DNA of 64,000 nucleotides from an uncultured Ignavibacteriota bacterium. GTDB lineage: Bacteria; Bacteroidota; Ignavibacteria; UBA10030; UBA8401. The stretch spans positions 54,497 through 118,496 of the forward strand of contig CAIOTF010000014.1 of the NCBI GenBank assembly GCA_903861125.1, written 5' to 3'. The notes below the pieces were generated by a model. It saw nothing but the letters and a program-made list of their open reading frames with translations, was not told the DNA's origin and made no database searches. Positions 48,747 to 59,107 of the stretch are shown here, in pieces; position 1 is the first letter of the stretch, and each line of letters opens with the position of its first letter. Position numbers and translations under genes: made by a program.

Positions 48747-50938
48747 TGCTTCAAGCCAAACATAAAAAAAAATTAGATGATCTTCTGGCAGTATGCCATA
48801 AGAATCTGGCAAAAGTGAACGACGATCTCATCACTCGTGCATTTGAGATGAGTGTGGAAGCGCACAAACATGATATTCGAAGTTCCGGTGAACCGTTTTT
48901 CGGTCATCCGTTTGAAGTAGCGATGGTGGTTGCAAAGGAAATTGCTCTTGATGATATTTCTGTGGTTTCTGCGCTGCTGCATGATGTTGTGGAAGATACC
49001 GATATTGATATCCATGTGATCCGTAAAGAATTCGGCGATACCATCGCCGAGATTGTTGACGGTGCCACGAAGATCAGTAATATCTTCGATAGTCATGAGA
49101 TCACACAAGCGGAAAATTACCGCAAACTGCTTCTCTCCATGGTCAATGATATCCGTGTAATGATCATTAAATTTGCGGATCGTCTGCATAACATGCGTAC
49201 GCTGGAATATCTTCCCCCCGAAAAACAGCAGCGCATCGCAAAGGAAACGCTCGATATCTATGCGCCGTTTGCGCACCGCTTCGGTCTTGCGAAAATCAAA
49301 TGGGAACTTGAAGACCTTGCATTCAAACATCTGCACAGAAAAGAATATGAAGAGATTGCACACGGTCTAAATTCCAAAAGACGTGAACGGGAACATTATA
49401 TCCGTAAATTCATTGTTCCGGTGGAGTCACGGCTGCGTCAAAGCAATGTGAAGTTCGAAATCGAAGGTCGGCCGAAACATCTGTATAGCATCTATAACAA
49501 GATGGTGAAACGGAGTAAACCTCTTGAAGAGATCTACGATATGTTTGCTGTCCGTATAGTTTTGCTCACACCGGACAATAATGAATGCTTCACAGTCTAT
49601 GGGATTATTTCAGAAATCTATAAGCCGATCCCTGAGCGCTTTAAGAATTATATTTCCATCCCGAAAAAGAACGGTTACCAATCTCTTCACACCACCGTAG
49701 TTGGTCCGGAAGGAAAAATGGTCGAAGTACAGATCCGTACGCGCCTGATGCATGAGATCGCAGAACGCGGCGTTGCGGCCCACTGGTATTACAAGGAGAA
49801 TGGTTCGCAAGCGCCGCTGGACAAAGAACTGGAGAACTGGATCAATTGGGTCCGTGAAATGTTCGACCAGAAACATGCGGATGAAAATGTAACGCCAAAA
49901 GAACTCATCGAAAGTTTCAAACTCAATCTCTACCAGGACGAGATTTATGTTTTTACTCCGAAAGGAGATCTGAAAATCCTGCCCAAAGGTGCGACGGCAA
50001 TTGATTTCGCGTTTGAAATCCATTCCGATGTTGGGTTCCATACGATCGGAGCAAAAGTGAATGGAAGAATCGTTCCGCTGAACACTATTCTTCGCAGCGG
50101 AGATCAGGTTGAAGTGATCACTTCAAAGAAACAAAAACCGAATTTCGATTGGGAAAAATTTGCAATTACACATAAAGCAAAATCACATATTCGCCGTTAT
50201 ATCAAAGAAGAAGAACGTCTTCTGATAGATGCTGGGAAAGAGATCTGGGAGAAAAAAGCGAAGAAAGCAAAACTGCACATCAACGATGACGATTTGACAA
50301 AATTCGTCCATACAAAACGGTTTGATAATCTTCAGTTGTTCTATCTTGCCATCAAGAACGAAGATATCGACGCCGACGTTGTGATCAACGAGTTGACCGA
50401 TACGAAACAAAAAAGTGAAGGGGAAGTAAAAGCCGAAGAATCGACATCGATGTTTAACAAATTTGTCGATACTGCGCGGAATCTTACCACCGGGATATCG
50501 ATCTTCGGCACAAAGGGTGATATGCTCTACACCTACGCCAAATGCTGTAATCCCATTCCAGGCGACGATATTGTAGGATATGTTACGACGGGCGAAGGGA
50601 TAAAAATTCACAGAAAAAGCTGCAAAAATGTACAATCGATGCTGAGCAATGCGGAACAACGGATTGTGCGGGTCGACTGGCCGGAATCCGGCGCAGGTGA
50701 TTTTATTGCCGGTATCAAGATCTCCGGAAACGATCGAAGCGGTTTGTTGAATGATGTCACCAATGCGATATCCAATTTCAACAATACGAATATTCGCGGG
50801 GTAACGATCAATACCAAGGATTCATTCTTCGACGGTCAATTCATTCTGTATGTACAAGACATTGCTCATTTGAACAGCGTCATCGACCGGATACGGCGGG
50901 TAAAAAATATTACGAAGGTTGAGCGTTATGATGAATAA
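48746..50938 (+). CDS. rel: Bifunctional (p)ppGpp synthetase/hydrolase (RelA/SpoT family)
   Basis: HD hydrolase motif HDVVEDT, synthetase domain, and TGS and ACT domains. 730 aa. Confidence 0.9.
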   Translation: MLQAKHKKKLDDLLAVCHKNLAKVNDDLITRAFEMSVEAHKHDIRSSGEPFFGHPFEVAMVVAKEIALDDISVVSALLHDVVEDTDIDIHVIRKEFGDTIAEIVDGATKISNIFDSHEITQAENYRKLLLSMVNDIRVMIIKFADRLHNMRTLEYLPPEKQQRIAKETLDIYAPFAHRFGLAKIKWELEDLAFKHLHRKEYEEIAHGLNSKRREREHYIRKFIVPVESRLRQSNVKFEIEGRPKHLYSIYNKMVKRSKPLEEIYDMFAVRIVLLTPDNNECFTVYGIISEIYKPIPERFKNYISIPKKNGYQSLHTTVVGPEGKMVEVQIRTRLMHEIAERGVAAHWYYKENGSQAPLDKELENWINWVREMFDQKHADENVTPKELIESFKLNLYQDEIYVFTPKGDLKILPKGATAIDFAFEIHSDVGFHTIGAKVNGRIVPLNTILRSGDQVEVITSKKQKPNFDWEKFAITHKAKSHIRRYIKEEERLLIDAGKEIWEKKAKKAKLHINDDDLTKFVHTKRFDNLQLFYLAIKNEDIDADVVINELTDTKQKSEGEVKAEESTSMFNKFVDTARNLTTGISIFGTKGDMLYTYAKCCNPIPGDDIVGYVTTGEGIKIHRKSCKNVQSMLSNAEQRIVRVDWPESGAGDFIAGIKISGNDRSGLLNDVTNAISNFNNTNIRGVTINTKDSFFDGQFILYVQDIAHLNSVIDRIRRVKNITKVERYDE

Positions 50939-51362
50939 TGAATATTCACGTATCCTTGGTATCGATTACGGGACTGTCCGAATTGGATTGTCGGTGAGCG
51001 ATCCGTTAAAGATTATTGCGCAAGGATTAAAAACCATCCGCAATGATGCGAACAGCCTTCTGGAGATTAGTGCAGTGATCGCTCAGCAAAATATTGAGAA
51101 GATCATTGTCGGAAATCCTTTGAATTTGAAAGGTGAGGTGGGTACAAAGGCGGAAGAGGTGAACGAATTCGTCAAAAAATTGAAAGAGACGACCACTGTG
51201 GAGGTGATGCTTCTCGATGAACGGTTCACATCTGTTATGGCTCAACGGGCGATCATCAGCATGGGTACCAAGAAAAAGCAACGCGAAAACAACAAAGGGA
51301 AAGTGGACGAGGTTGCCGCTGCAATTCTGCTGCAGGGATACCTTGATTCACAGAAACGGTAA
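50919..51362 (+). CDS. ruvX: Putative pre-16S rRNA nuclease / Holliday-junction resolvase-like protein YqgF
   Basis: ILGIDYGTVRIGLSVSD RNase H-like fold. The true start is probably the Met near 50937. Confidence 0.8.
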   Translation: MSVMMNNEYSRILGIDYGTVRIGLSVSDPLKIIAQGLKTIRNDANSLLEISAVIAQQNIEKIIVGNPLNLKGEVGTKAEEVNEFVKKLKETTTVEVMLLDERFTSVMAQRAIISMGTKKKQRENNKGKVDEVAAAILLQGYLDSQKR

Positions 51363-51363
51363 C

Positions 51364-52113
51364 GTGGAGCAAAAAATTACTCAAGATATCGTTCGCGCGA
51401 ATATGGATCGAATTCTGCGGTGGATCAAAAAGAACAAAATCGCATCGATTGCTATTTCTGTCGCCGGTATTCTGTTCCTGCAGTATCTCGCACTTCCAAA
51501 TAATAGCCTGCAGTCGCTTCGCAAAAATAATCCGGGGAAAACGGCGATGATGGCGCAGCGTGAAGATGAGGCAGCAGAGTCCGGAAAGAAATTTCTGATA
51601 CAGCAGAATTGGGTGCCGTTATCCCGGATTTCAAAACACCTTGTCAATGCGGTCATCGTTTCGGAAGACGGAATGTTCTATGAACACGAAGGGGTGGATT
51701 GGTACGAGGTTGGTGAATCGATCGAAAAAAATTTTGAAAAAGGAAAAGCAGCCCGCGGGGGCAGTACGATCTCTCAGCAATTGTCAAAGAATTTATATCT
51801 TTCCACATCCAAAGACCCTATCCGTAAATTAAAGGAATTGATCATCACTTTACGCATGGAACGTATGTTGTCCAAACGGAGAATACTGGAAATCTATTTG
51901 AACGCAATTGAATGGGGCGACGGAGTATTTGGAGCAGAAGCGGCCTCGAAACGGTACTTCGGCAAATCCGCATCACAATTAACAAGAGAGGAAGCAGCGC
52001 AAATGGCTGCCGTGATACCAAGTCCCCGGAAACATCAGCCGAACGTGTTGTCCAAATACGTTGCGCGCCGTTCATCGATCATTCTCAGCCGGATGAGTGC
52101 AAGAGGCATGTGA
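51364..52113 (+). CDS. mtgA: Monofunctional biosynthetic peptidoglycan transglycosylase (GT51)
   Basis: IVSEDGMFYEHEGVDW and GGSTISQQLSKNLYL. GTG at 51364 follows directly after the ruvX stop; the ATG at 51403 is an alternative start. The ORF-track start at 51217 overlaps ruvX. Confidence 0.75.
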   Translation: MEQKITQDIVRANMDRILRWIKKNKIASIAISVAGILFLQYLALPNNSLQSLRKNNPGKTAMMAQREDEAAESGKKFLIQQNWVPLSRISKHLVNAVIVSEDGMFYEHEGVDWYEVGESIEKNFEKGKAARGGSTISQQLSKNLYLSTSKDPIRKLKELIITLRMERMLSKRRILEIYLNAIEWGDGVFGAEAASKRYFGKSASQLTREEAAQMAAVIPSPRKHQPNVLSKYVARRSSIILSRMSARGM

Positions 52114-52808
52114 TGAACATTCATGATGTGAAGATGTTGATCGACGAAGGCGAAGGATTTGAATTGGAATTCAAGCGGAAAGTCTCTTCGCCAAAAAAGA
52201 TTGCTAAGACATTATCGTCGTTTGCCAATACCAAAGGTGGAATTATCCTTTTCGGTGTTGACGATGACGGCTCGATCGTTGGAGTTGAAAGCGAGAAAAC
52301 AGAGCTAAGTTTGATTGAAGAGTCTGCTCAGATCAATTGCGAACCCCCCGTTATCGTTTCAATCAAGATCGTCCCACACAACCGTCTCGATGTTATTGTT
52401 GCTACCGTTAATGAGAGTGGTACAAAACCTCACTATGTAGTTGATGATGACGGTATGCGAAAAGTATTCATCCGCGTGAACGATAATACGGTGATTGCGA
52501 GTAAGGAAGTTATTAAAGTGTTACGGGACGAGCGTCCTGAAAAGCCGCCGCTTAAATTAACGATAGGTGAGAATGAAAAAAGGCTGTTCGAGTATCTAGA
52601 AAACCATTCACGCATTACCGTTTCGGAATTCTCCGTTCTGATCAATGTATCGCTTCGCCGCGCATCGAGGATCCTTACAACACTCGTACGTGCCGGCGTG
52701 GTCAGGATCCACACACTTGAGAAGACCGATTTCTTCACCCTTGCTTCCGATGATGAAGTATTCGCAGACAGTCGTATAAAACAATCCCGTACGCAACAGC
52801 CACGTTGA
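52113..52808 (+). CDS. AlbA_2 (Schlafen-like) domain putative transcriptional regulator with a C-terminal winged helix
   Basis: MNIHDVKMLIDEGEGFELEFKRKV...FANTKGGIILFGVDDDGSIVGV, with a C-terminal HTH-like RITVSEFSVLINVSLRRASRIL. The ATG at 52113 overlaps the mtgA stop codon. Confidence 0.5.
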   Translation: MNIHDVKMLIDEGEGFELEFKRKVSSPKKIAKTLSSFANTKGGIILFGVDDDGSIVGVESEKTELSLIEESAQINCEPPVIVSIKIVPHNRLDVIVATVNESGTKPHYVVDDDGMRKVFIRVNDNTVIASKEVIKVLRDERPEKPPLKLTIGENEKRLFEYLENHSRITVSEFSVLINVSLRRASRILTTLVRAGVVRIHTLEKTDFFTLASDDEVFADSRIKQSRTQQPR

Positions 52809-53280
52809 GCGATTGTTTAATACCATACATAGGTATTTCAACCCCCATATCTGCCTGTTCAATAATTTCCTTTGATACGCCGGTTATTTCATTTCCGAAA
52901 ACCAGACACAACGGAAAATCTTCTTGAGAAAGATCATAATAGGGAACACTTTTGTTTGTCAGTTCAAGCACGCAAATCTTGATATTCTGCTCCTTCAGTT
53001 TTGCAACCGCTTCCATTGGATTCATATGATACTCCCATGGAACTGTCTGTGTCGATCCGAGAGCTGTTTTATCGATCTCTTTTCTTGGGGGATAAGGGGT
53101 AAATCCTGTAAGATACAGTTTGTTCACTAAAGCGCCGTCGGAACTTCGGAAAATGGAACCGACGTTATAGAGGCTGCGAATATTGTCGGCCAAAGCGTAG
53201 ATCGGATTACGCTGGACCGAATCAATTTCGTCTATTTTCTTCCTGTTTATTGATATTTCGGCATGGGACAGTTTATGCAT
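52735..53280 (-). CDS. SpoU/TrmH-family RNA 2'-O-methyltransferase
   Basis: NVGSIFRSSDGALVNKLYLTGFT and the SPOUT knot motifs near the C-terminus. Confidence 0.7.
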   Translation of the reverse strand: MHKLSHAEISINRKKIDEIDSVQRNPIYALADNIRSLYNVGSIFRSSDGALVNKLYLTGFTPYPPRKEIDKTALGSTQTVPWEYHMNPMEAVAKLKEQNIKICVLELTNKSVPYYDLSQEDFPLCLVFGNEITGVSKEIIEQADMGVEIPMYGIKQSLNVAVAYGIVLYDCLRILHHRKQG

Positions 53281-53355
53281 GGGTATATAATATTTTTGGA
53301 TGAGAATTCTAAAATGAGTATATTCTTATTCAATTTAAGCCAAAAAAAGTGAGAT

Positions 53356-54030
53356 TTGAAGAAAATAATTATAGCCATTGATGGTCCGGCCGCATCGGGG
53401 AAAAGTTCTACCGCAAAACTTGTTGCAGCTACGCTTGGATATTTACATATCGATACAGGCGCTATGTACCGAGCAATGGCTCTGAAAATTCTTCGAAGTA
53501 AAGTCGATCCGAATGATACAGTGAAGATATCGGCGTTGGCGACGCGAACGTCGGTGCGACTTGCTTTACGTGAGGGCAAAATAAGAGTGGTATTGGATGG
53601 CGAAGAAGTGAGCGGAGAGATCAGGCTGCCTGAAGTAACGAATATTGTAAGTCCTATCAGCACCGTCTCTGATGTTCGGAAATTGATGGTGCATGAACAG
53701 CGAGCGATGGGACGTGAAGGCGGGATTGTGTTGGAAGGACGTGATATCGGGTCAGTAGTTTTCCCGAATGCCGAATTGAAGATCTTTATGGTGGCCGATG
53801 CACGCGAACGTGCGGTTCGACGAAGAAAAGAACTGGGAACAAAAGGTGTTGAGATCTCCGTTGAAGAACTGGAAAAAGAGATTTTGGAAAGGGACCGTAT
53901 AGATTCCGGTCGTTCCGTTAGTCCTTTGTTAAAAGCGGATGACGCAATAGAATTGGATACGACAAATCTTTCCATAGAAGAACAAGTGGAATTCATCGTA
54001 GAGAAAGCGCGGAAGATCATAGAACAATGA
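53356..54030 (+). CDS. cmk: Cytidylate kinase
   Basis: IIIAIDGPAASGKSSTAKLVA...IDTGAMYRA. Confidence 0.9.
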   Translation: MKKIIIAIDGPAASGKSSTAKLVAATLGYLHIDTGAMYRAMALKILRSKVDPNDTVKISALATRTSVRLALREGKIRVVLDGEEVSGEIRLPEVTNIVSPISTVSDVRKLMVHEQRAMGREGGIVLEGRDIGSVVFPNAELKIFMVADARERAVRRRKELGTKGVEISVEELEKEILERDRIDSGRSVSPLLKADDAIELDTTNLSIEEQVEFIVEKARKIIEQ

Positions 54031-54911
54031 AAGTGACCGTCGATAATAATTCGGGATTTTGCTGGGGGGTTGTACGAACGGTTGATATTGCCGAACAGGA
54101 ACTTGCCGAAACGGGTAAACTGTATTCGCTAGGCGAGATCATCCATAATCCTGTAGAGATTGGCCGGCTGGAAAAGAAAGGTTTGCGGACGGTGCGCCAT
54201 GAGGATCTGCGCAATCTGAAAGATGCCAAAGTATTAATCCGGGCACACGGCGAACCTCCCGAAACATTCCGGAAGATGAAGGAATGGGGTATTGATGTTA
54301 TCGATGCAACTTGTCCGGTCGTGACTAAGGTGCAGGAACGGATAAGAAAATTTTTCGATAAACAATTTCAGATAGTCATCTTTGGAAAAAAGGACCATGC
54401 TGAAGTGATCGGTTTGGTCGGTCATACGAATGGAACGGCAATCGTCATCAAATCGGTAGCCGAACTGGACAAACTCGATTTTACAAAAAAGACCGTCCTC
54501 TTTTCCCAGACAACAATGGACAAAGAGACGTTCTATGCAATACGTGATGCGATTAGAGAGAGGATCATAGCCGAATTTGAGGTGGGAACATTCGAAGAGA
54601 TGGCGGTCGATTTCCATGCAAAGGATACGATCTGCGGACAAGTATCGGGGCGGGATAAAAAATTACGCGATTTTTCCAAAAGCAATGATGTTATGATCTT
54701 TGTTGCTGGCAAAATGAGTTCGAACGGTAAAGTGCTGTATGAAATTGCACGATCTGAGAATCCGCGAACATATTTTATTGAGAGTGAAATTGAACTGAAA
54801 CAGGAATGGTTCAATGGAGCTGAGACAACCGGTATCAGTGGCGCGACGTCAACACCGCAATGGCTTATGGAGCGGGTAAAAAAAGAAATTGAAACAAAGT
54901 ATTCAAAGTAA
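54027..54911 (+). CDS. ispH: 4-hydroxy-3-methylbut-2-enyl diphosphate reductase
   Basis: GFCWGVVRTVDIAE, and conserved Cys at about positions 12, 96 and 196 that bind the 4Fe-4S cluster. Confidence 0.9.
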   Translation: MKVTVDNNSGFCWGVVRTVDIAEQELAETGKLYSLGEIIHNPVEIGRLEKKGLRTVRHEDLRNLKDAKVLIRAHGEPPETFRKMKEWGIDVIDATCPVVTKVQERIRKFFDKQFQIVIFGKKDHAEVIGLVGHTNGTAIVIKSVAELDKLDFTKKTVLFSQTTMDKETFYAIRDAIRERIIAEFEVGTFEEMAVDFHAKDTICGQVSGRDKKLRDFSKSNDVMIFVAGKMSSNGKVLYEIARSENPRTYFIESEIELKQEWFNGAETTGISGATSTPQWLMERVKKEIETKYSK

Positions 54912-55068
54912 TATCTGGTCATCCAAAACAAACTAAATCATACACTAATCAGTAATCGATTGTTGTTGTTGTGCAGAGTTAAATTCTGATGACCGTTTAA
55001 CAAAACGCAAAAACAATGGTCTGGTTCTCGTTCTAGCAGTCTCAGAACAGAGAACATGGAGACACGTA

Positions 55069-56817
55069 ATGTCACAAAAAGAAGAAATAGATGTACTCAT
55101 CGACGAGAAGCCGTATTCCGATGAGGAAATGAAACAGTTGATGGAAATGTACGAAGGAACTTTGGGTAAAATTACCCAGGGTGAGATCGTTAAAGGAAAG
55201 ATCGTATTCATCGGACATAATGATGTCGTGTTGGATATCGGTTTCAAATCCGAAGGTACAGTTCCGATCGGCGAATTTCCAAACATTAAAGATCTGAAGA
55301 TCGGCGATGAAGTTGAGGTATTTCTCGAAAGCATCGAAGATAAAGACGGTCAGATGGTTCTTTCACGCAAACGCGCTGATTTCATGCGTGTATGGGAAAA
55401 GGTTACACGATCATACACCAGCGGTGAAGTGGTGCAAGGCAAGATCATCCGCCGTATCAAAGGGGGACTTGTTGTAGATGTGATGGGCATCGATGCATTC
55501 CTGCCCGGTTCACAGATCGACGTTCGTCCTGTTCGTGATTTTGATGCATTACTTGGAAAAGAAATGGATTTCCGCGTGGTGAAGGTTAATCATCCGTCGG
55601 AAAATATTGTTGTCAGTCATAAGATCCTTGTTGAAGAGGAACTTTCTGGACAAAGAAAAACGATCCTTTCCGGCCTTGAAAAAGGTCAGATCCTTGAAGG
55701 TATCGTTAAAGCAATCGCTGATTTCGGTGTGTTCATCGATCTCGGCGGAGTTGACGGTCTTGTGCATATTACAGACCTGTCGTGGGGACGTATCAACCAT
55801 CCTTCAGAAGTTGTAAAACTTGATCAGACGCTGAATGTGGTTGTTCTTGATTTCGATCAGGAAAAGAAACGTATCTCGCTGGGCATGAAACAACTGCAGC
55901 CGCATCCATGGGAAAAGATCGACGAACGTTATCCGATCGGCCAAAAGGTCAGCGGAAAAGTCGTATCGCTTACGGATTACGGTGCATTCATTGAAATTGA
56001 AAAAGGAATTGAAGGTCTTATCCATATTTCTGAAATGAGCTGGACCCAGCATGTAAAGCATCCGTCACAGATGGTTTCCATGGGTCAGGTGATCGAAGCG
56101 GTCATTTTGTCGCTCGATGCAGCCGGTAAAAAGATCTCGCTCGGAATGAAACAACTCGAACCCGATCCCTGGAGTTCGCTGATGGTGAAATATCCGATTG
56201 GATCCAAACATACCGGAACGGTACGCAACTTGACGAACTTCGGCGTCTTCGTCGAACTCGAACAGGGAATTGACGGTCTTATTCACATTTCTGATCTGTC
56301 GTGGACGAAGAAAATCCGTCACCCAGGCGAAATTGTGAAGAAAGGCGACAGCATCGAAGTGATTATTCTCGGTGTTGATGTTGATCAACGCCGTATCTCG
56401 CTCGGACACAAACAGATGAACGATAATCCGTGGGATACGTTCGGCAGTCAGTACAAAGTCAATACCGAGGTTGAGGGTAAAGTGGTTCGCATCATCGAAA
56501 AAGGTGTGATCGTTGAACTTCCGCTTGGCGTAGATGGTTTTGTTCCGCTGTCGCAGTTGTCGCAAACACCGATCAAGAATCTTGCAGAAGCATTCCAGGT
56601 CGGCGACAAACTTCCGATGTCTGTCATCGAGTTTGACGGCGAAAGTAAAAAAATCGTTCTTTCCGTCGTAGAGTATCTGCGCGGCAAAGAGCAGAAGATC
56701 ATTGATGACTATGTTGCAAAGCATAAGCTTCCTCCTATTACTCTGAAAGATGCGCTCCCAGTGGAGATGACACCTGAAGAGAAAAGGGCGGCAGATGAAG
56801 AAGCATCATTGAAATAA
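55069..56817 (+). CDS. rpsA: 30S ribosomal protein S1 (six S1 domains)
   Basis: Repeated S1 motifs G-x-V-x-x-I-x-x-F/Y-G-x-F-V...G-L-x-H-I-S. This is the cmk-ispH-rpsA arrangement. Confidence 0.9.
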   Translation: MSQKEEIDVLIDEKPYSDEEMKQLMEMYEGTLGKITQGEIVKGKIVFIGHNDVVLDIGFKSEGTVPIGEFPNIKDLKIGDEVEVFLESIEDKDGQMVLSRKRADFMRVWEKVTRSYTSGEVVQGKIIRRIKGGLVVDVMGIDAFLPGSQIDVRPVRDFDALLGKEMDFRVVKVNHPSENIVVSHKILVEEELSGQRKTILSGLEKGQILEGIVKAIADFGVFIDLGGVDGLVHITDLSWGRINHPSEVVKLDQTLNVVVLDFDQEKKRISLGMKQLQPHPWEKIDERYPIGQKVSGKVVSLTDYGAFIEIEKGIEGLIHISEMSWTQHVKHPSQMVSMGQVIEAVILSLDAAGKKISLGMKQLEPDPWSSLMVKYPIGSKHTGTVRNLTNFGVFVELEQGIDGLIHISDLSWTKKIRHPGEIVKKGDSIEVIILGVDVDQRRISLGHKQMNDNPWDTFGSQYKVNTEVEGKVVRIIEKGVIVELPLGVDGFVPLSQLSQTPIKNLAEAFQVGDKLPMSVIEFDGESKKIVLSVVEYLRGKEQKIIDDYVAKHKLPPITLKDALPVEMTPEEKRAADEEASLK

Positions 56818-56831
56818 TCATGTTCCGAACG

Positions 56832-56869
56832 GTGCCGCTCGCTTTGGTGTGAGCGGCACTTCTATTTTT
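56832..56869 (+). terminator. Intrinsic terminator after rpsA
   Basis: gtgccgctc-gctttggtgt-gagcggcac followed by ttctatttttg. It ends about 5 nt before the mtaB ATG. Confidence 0.5.
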
Positions 56870-56874
56870 GAAAA

Positions 56875-58227
56875 ATGAAAGCATCGTTCTATACATTGGG
56901 CTGTAAATTGAATTATGCCGAGACTGCATCTCTGGAGCGTCAGTTTACAGACCGCGGATTCGATGTCGTTCCATTTTCAGATCCGTCTGACGTGTGTATC
57001 ATCAATACCTGCACGGTAACGGAGCGAGCAGACAGAGAAGCGCGTCAGATCGTTCGGCGCGCATTGCGCAGGTCGCCGAATGCTTTCATTGCCGTTGTAG
57101 GGTGTTATGCACAGCTGGATCCGGAAACAATTGCCTCTATTGACGGAGTTGATATCGTTCTTGGAGCAAGCGAGAAATTCCGGATGTTTGATTTTGCAGG
57201 ATCATTCCAAAAATATTCTTCTCCCAAAGTATTTGTTTCGCCAATTGCGACCGTGAATGATTTCGGACCTGCGTTTTCCGGAGGAGTGGATGACCGCACT
57301 CGGGCTTTTCTAAAAGTTCAGGATGGCTGCGATTACACATGTGCATTCTGTACTATTCCACTGGCCCGAGGGGAAAGCCGGAGTCAATCCATTGATGCGT
57401 GTGTTTCACAGGCGCGTCAACTGGTTGAGATGGGATATAAGGAGATCGTTCTAACAGGGGTCAATGTCGGAGATTTTGGGAAAAAGGACGGACGGTCGCT
57501 TTTGCAATTGCTCAAACGGTTGAATTCAGTGGACGGCATCGAACGCATCAGGGTAAGTTCAATCGAACCGAATTTACTGAATGATGAATTGATCGATTTT
57601 TGGCTCGGATCAGAAAAAATATGCGATCATTTCCATATCCCATTGCAGAACGGAACAAATGAGATTCTTCGTGCTATGCGCAGGCGTTACACTTCGGAAG
57701 ATTACCAGAAGTTGATACTGAATATTCGCGAAAAATCACCCGATGCCGGTATCGGCATTGATGTAATTGTTGGTTTTCCCGGTGAGACTGAGCAGTTGTT
57801 CGAAAAAAATTTCAAAGTTATTCACGAACTTCCGGTAAGTTATTTACATGTTTTCACGTATTCAGAACGGCCCAATACGCCGTCGATCGATTTTCCCGGA
57901 AGGATAGAACCGCGAGTTCGTTATACACATAGCGATAAACTGAGAATACTGGGTCAGATGAAGAGGTCGGCTTTCTATCATTCACAAAAAGACAGTATTC
58001 GGCCTGTATTGATTGAAGGTACGATAGAAGAAAATATGCTTTCGGGATATACGGATAATTATGTGCGCGTACGGGTGCCGTATCACCCTTCACTTGAAAA
58101 TTCCGTCGCTATGGTTCGTATCGGCACTCATTCCGGAGAAGTGTGCGACGGTGAGATTATCAGTGTAAAATCAAAACAATCGTTGATTAATCCAATGCTT
58201 CCCATTCTTAATTCTGTCATACGGTAG
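56875..58227 (+). CDS. mtaB: Radical-SAM tRNA methylthiotransferase (MtaB/YqeV-like)
   Basis: N-terminal MTTase domain FYTLGCKLNYAE, radical-SAM CDYTCAFC, and a C-terminal TRAM-like region. Confidence 0.7.
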   Translation: MKASFYTLGCKLNYAETASLERQFTDRGFDVVPFSDPSDVCIINTCTVTERADREARQIVRRALRRSPNAFIAVVGCYAQLDPETIASIDGVDIVLGASEKFRMFDFAGSFQKYSSPKVFVSPIATVNDFGPAFSGGVDDRTRAFLKVQDGCDYTCAFCTIPLARGESRSQSIDACVSQARQLVEMGYKEIVLTGVNVGDFGKKDGRSLLQLLKRLNSVDGIERIRVSSIEPNLLNDELIDFWLGSEKICDHFHIPLQNGTNEILRAMRRRYTSEDYQKLILNIREKSPDAGIGIDVIVGFPGETEQLFEKNFKVIHELPVSYLHVFTYSERPNTPSIDFPGRIEPRVRYTHSDKLRILGQMKRSAFYHSQKDSIRPVLIEGTIEENMLSGYTDNYVRVRVPYHPSLENSVAMVRIGTHSGEVCDGEIISVKSKQSLINPMLPILNSVIR

Positions 58228-58348
58228 AGGGATAAAAAAGGAACTTGATACTACTTCAATCAAACAATATCTTAATAGCAGAACAGAAATGTTTATCTGT
58301 TCTCATAATGATCAGCAGTGTATGTCTGATCGCTTTTTGAGGAGTAGT

Positions 58349-59077
58349 ATGAAATCATTACGCTTGATAGTCATTCTTTTAATGACCAGTTATCCGGTCT
58401 TTGCTCAAGAACATCTTTATCAATTTCGTGCCGAACTGTCTGCAGCAAACAATTCTTCGGTGCAATCACACGAAGTATCTACTGTTTCCAAAAAATCTCC
58501 TGTCATGGCTGTTGTCTATTCGCTGCTGCTTCCGGGTATGGGAGAATTATATGCCGATGGATTTAGTCAAGGTAGGTATTCGTTGCTCGCCGAAGGCGGA
58601 TTGTGGATGACCTATTTTTCTTTCCGCCAGTACGGGGCATGGATACAGAATGATTCCCGTAATTTTGCAGCATCGCATGCCGGTGCTCAGGTCAACGGTA
58701 AGGACGATCAATATTTTGTGAACATTGGAAATTTCGGAGACACGTATGAGTACAATGAAAAAAAACTACGTGACAGGGAACTGGCGAAAGTATACGATGT
58801 GAATGCCGGATATGCATGGAAGTGGGATAGCGATGCGAGTAGAAAAGAATTCAGGACAATGCGCGTTTCGAGCGAGCGTGTGCTGAATAACTCACGGTTC
58901 GTCATTGCATCGATTGTTGTTAACAGGGTCATCAGTGCTATCAACGCTGCACGGTTGACGAGAATGTTTAATCAGCGGGTGAATGATGAACTCGGCTCCT
59001 GGTGGATCGAATCGTCGCTGATCAATGAGGGGCTTAAGCCTGACGGAATGAAACTGAGTATTGTACACAGATTTTAA
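58349..59077 (+). CDS. Hypothetical secreted protein
   Basis: The ATG at 58349 is preceded by ggag and encodes the signal peptide MKSLRLIVILLMTSYPVFAQ. The earlier in-frame starts lack a signal peptide. Confidence 0.4.
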   Translation: MKSLRLIVILLMTSYPVFAQEHLYQFRAELSAANNSSVQSHEVSTVSKKSPVMAVVYSLLLPGMGELYADGFSQGRYSLLAEGGLWMTYFSFRQYGAWIQNDSRNFAASHAGAQVNGKDDQYFVNIGNFGDTYEYNEKKLRDRELAKVYDVNAGYAWKWDSDASRKEFRTMRVSSERVLNNSRFVIASIVVNRVISAINAARLTRMFNQRVNDELGSWWIESSLINEGLKPDGMKLSIVHRF

Positions 59078-59083
59078 ACCAAA

Positions 59084-59107
59084 CCCCGCTGAGCGGGGCT
59101 TTTTTTT
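59084..59107 (+). terminator. Intrinsic terminator
   Basis: ccccgc-tga-gcgggg followed by a T8 run, directly abutting the truA ATG. Confidence 0.5.
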
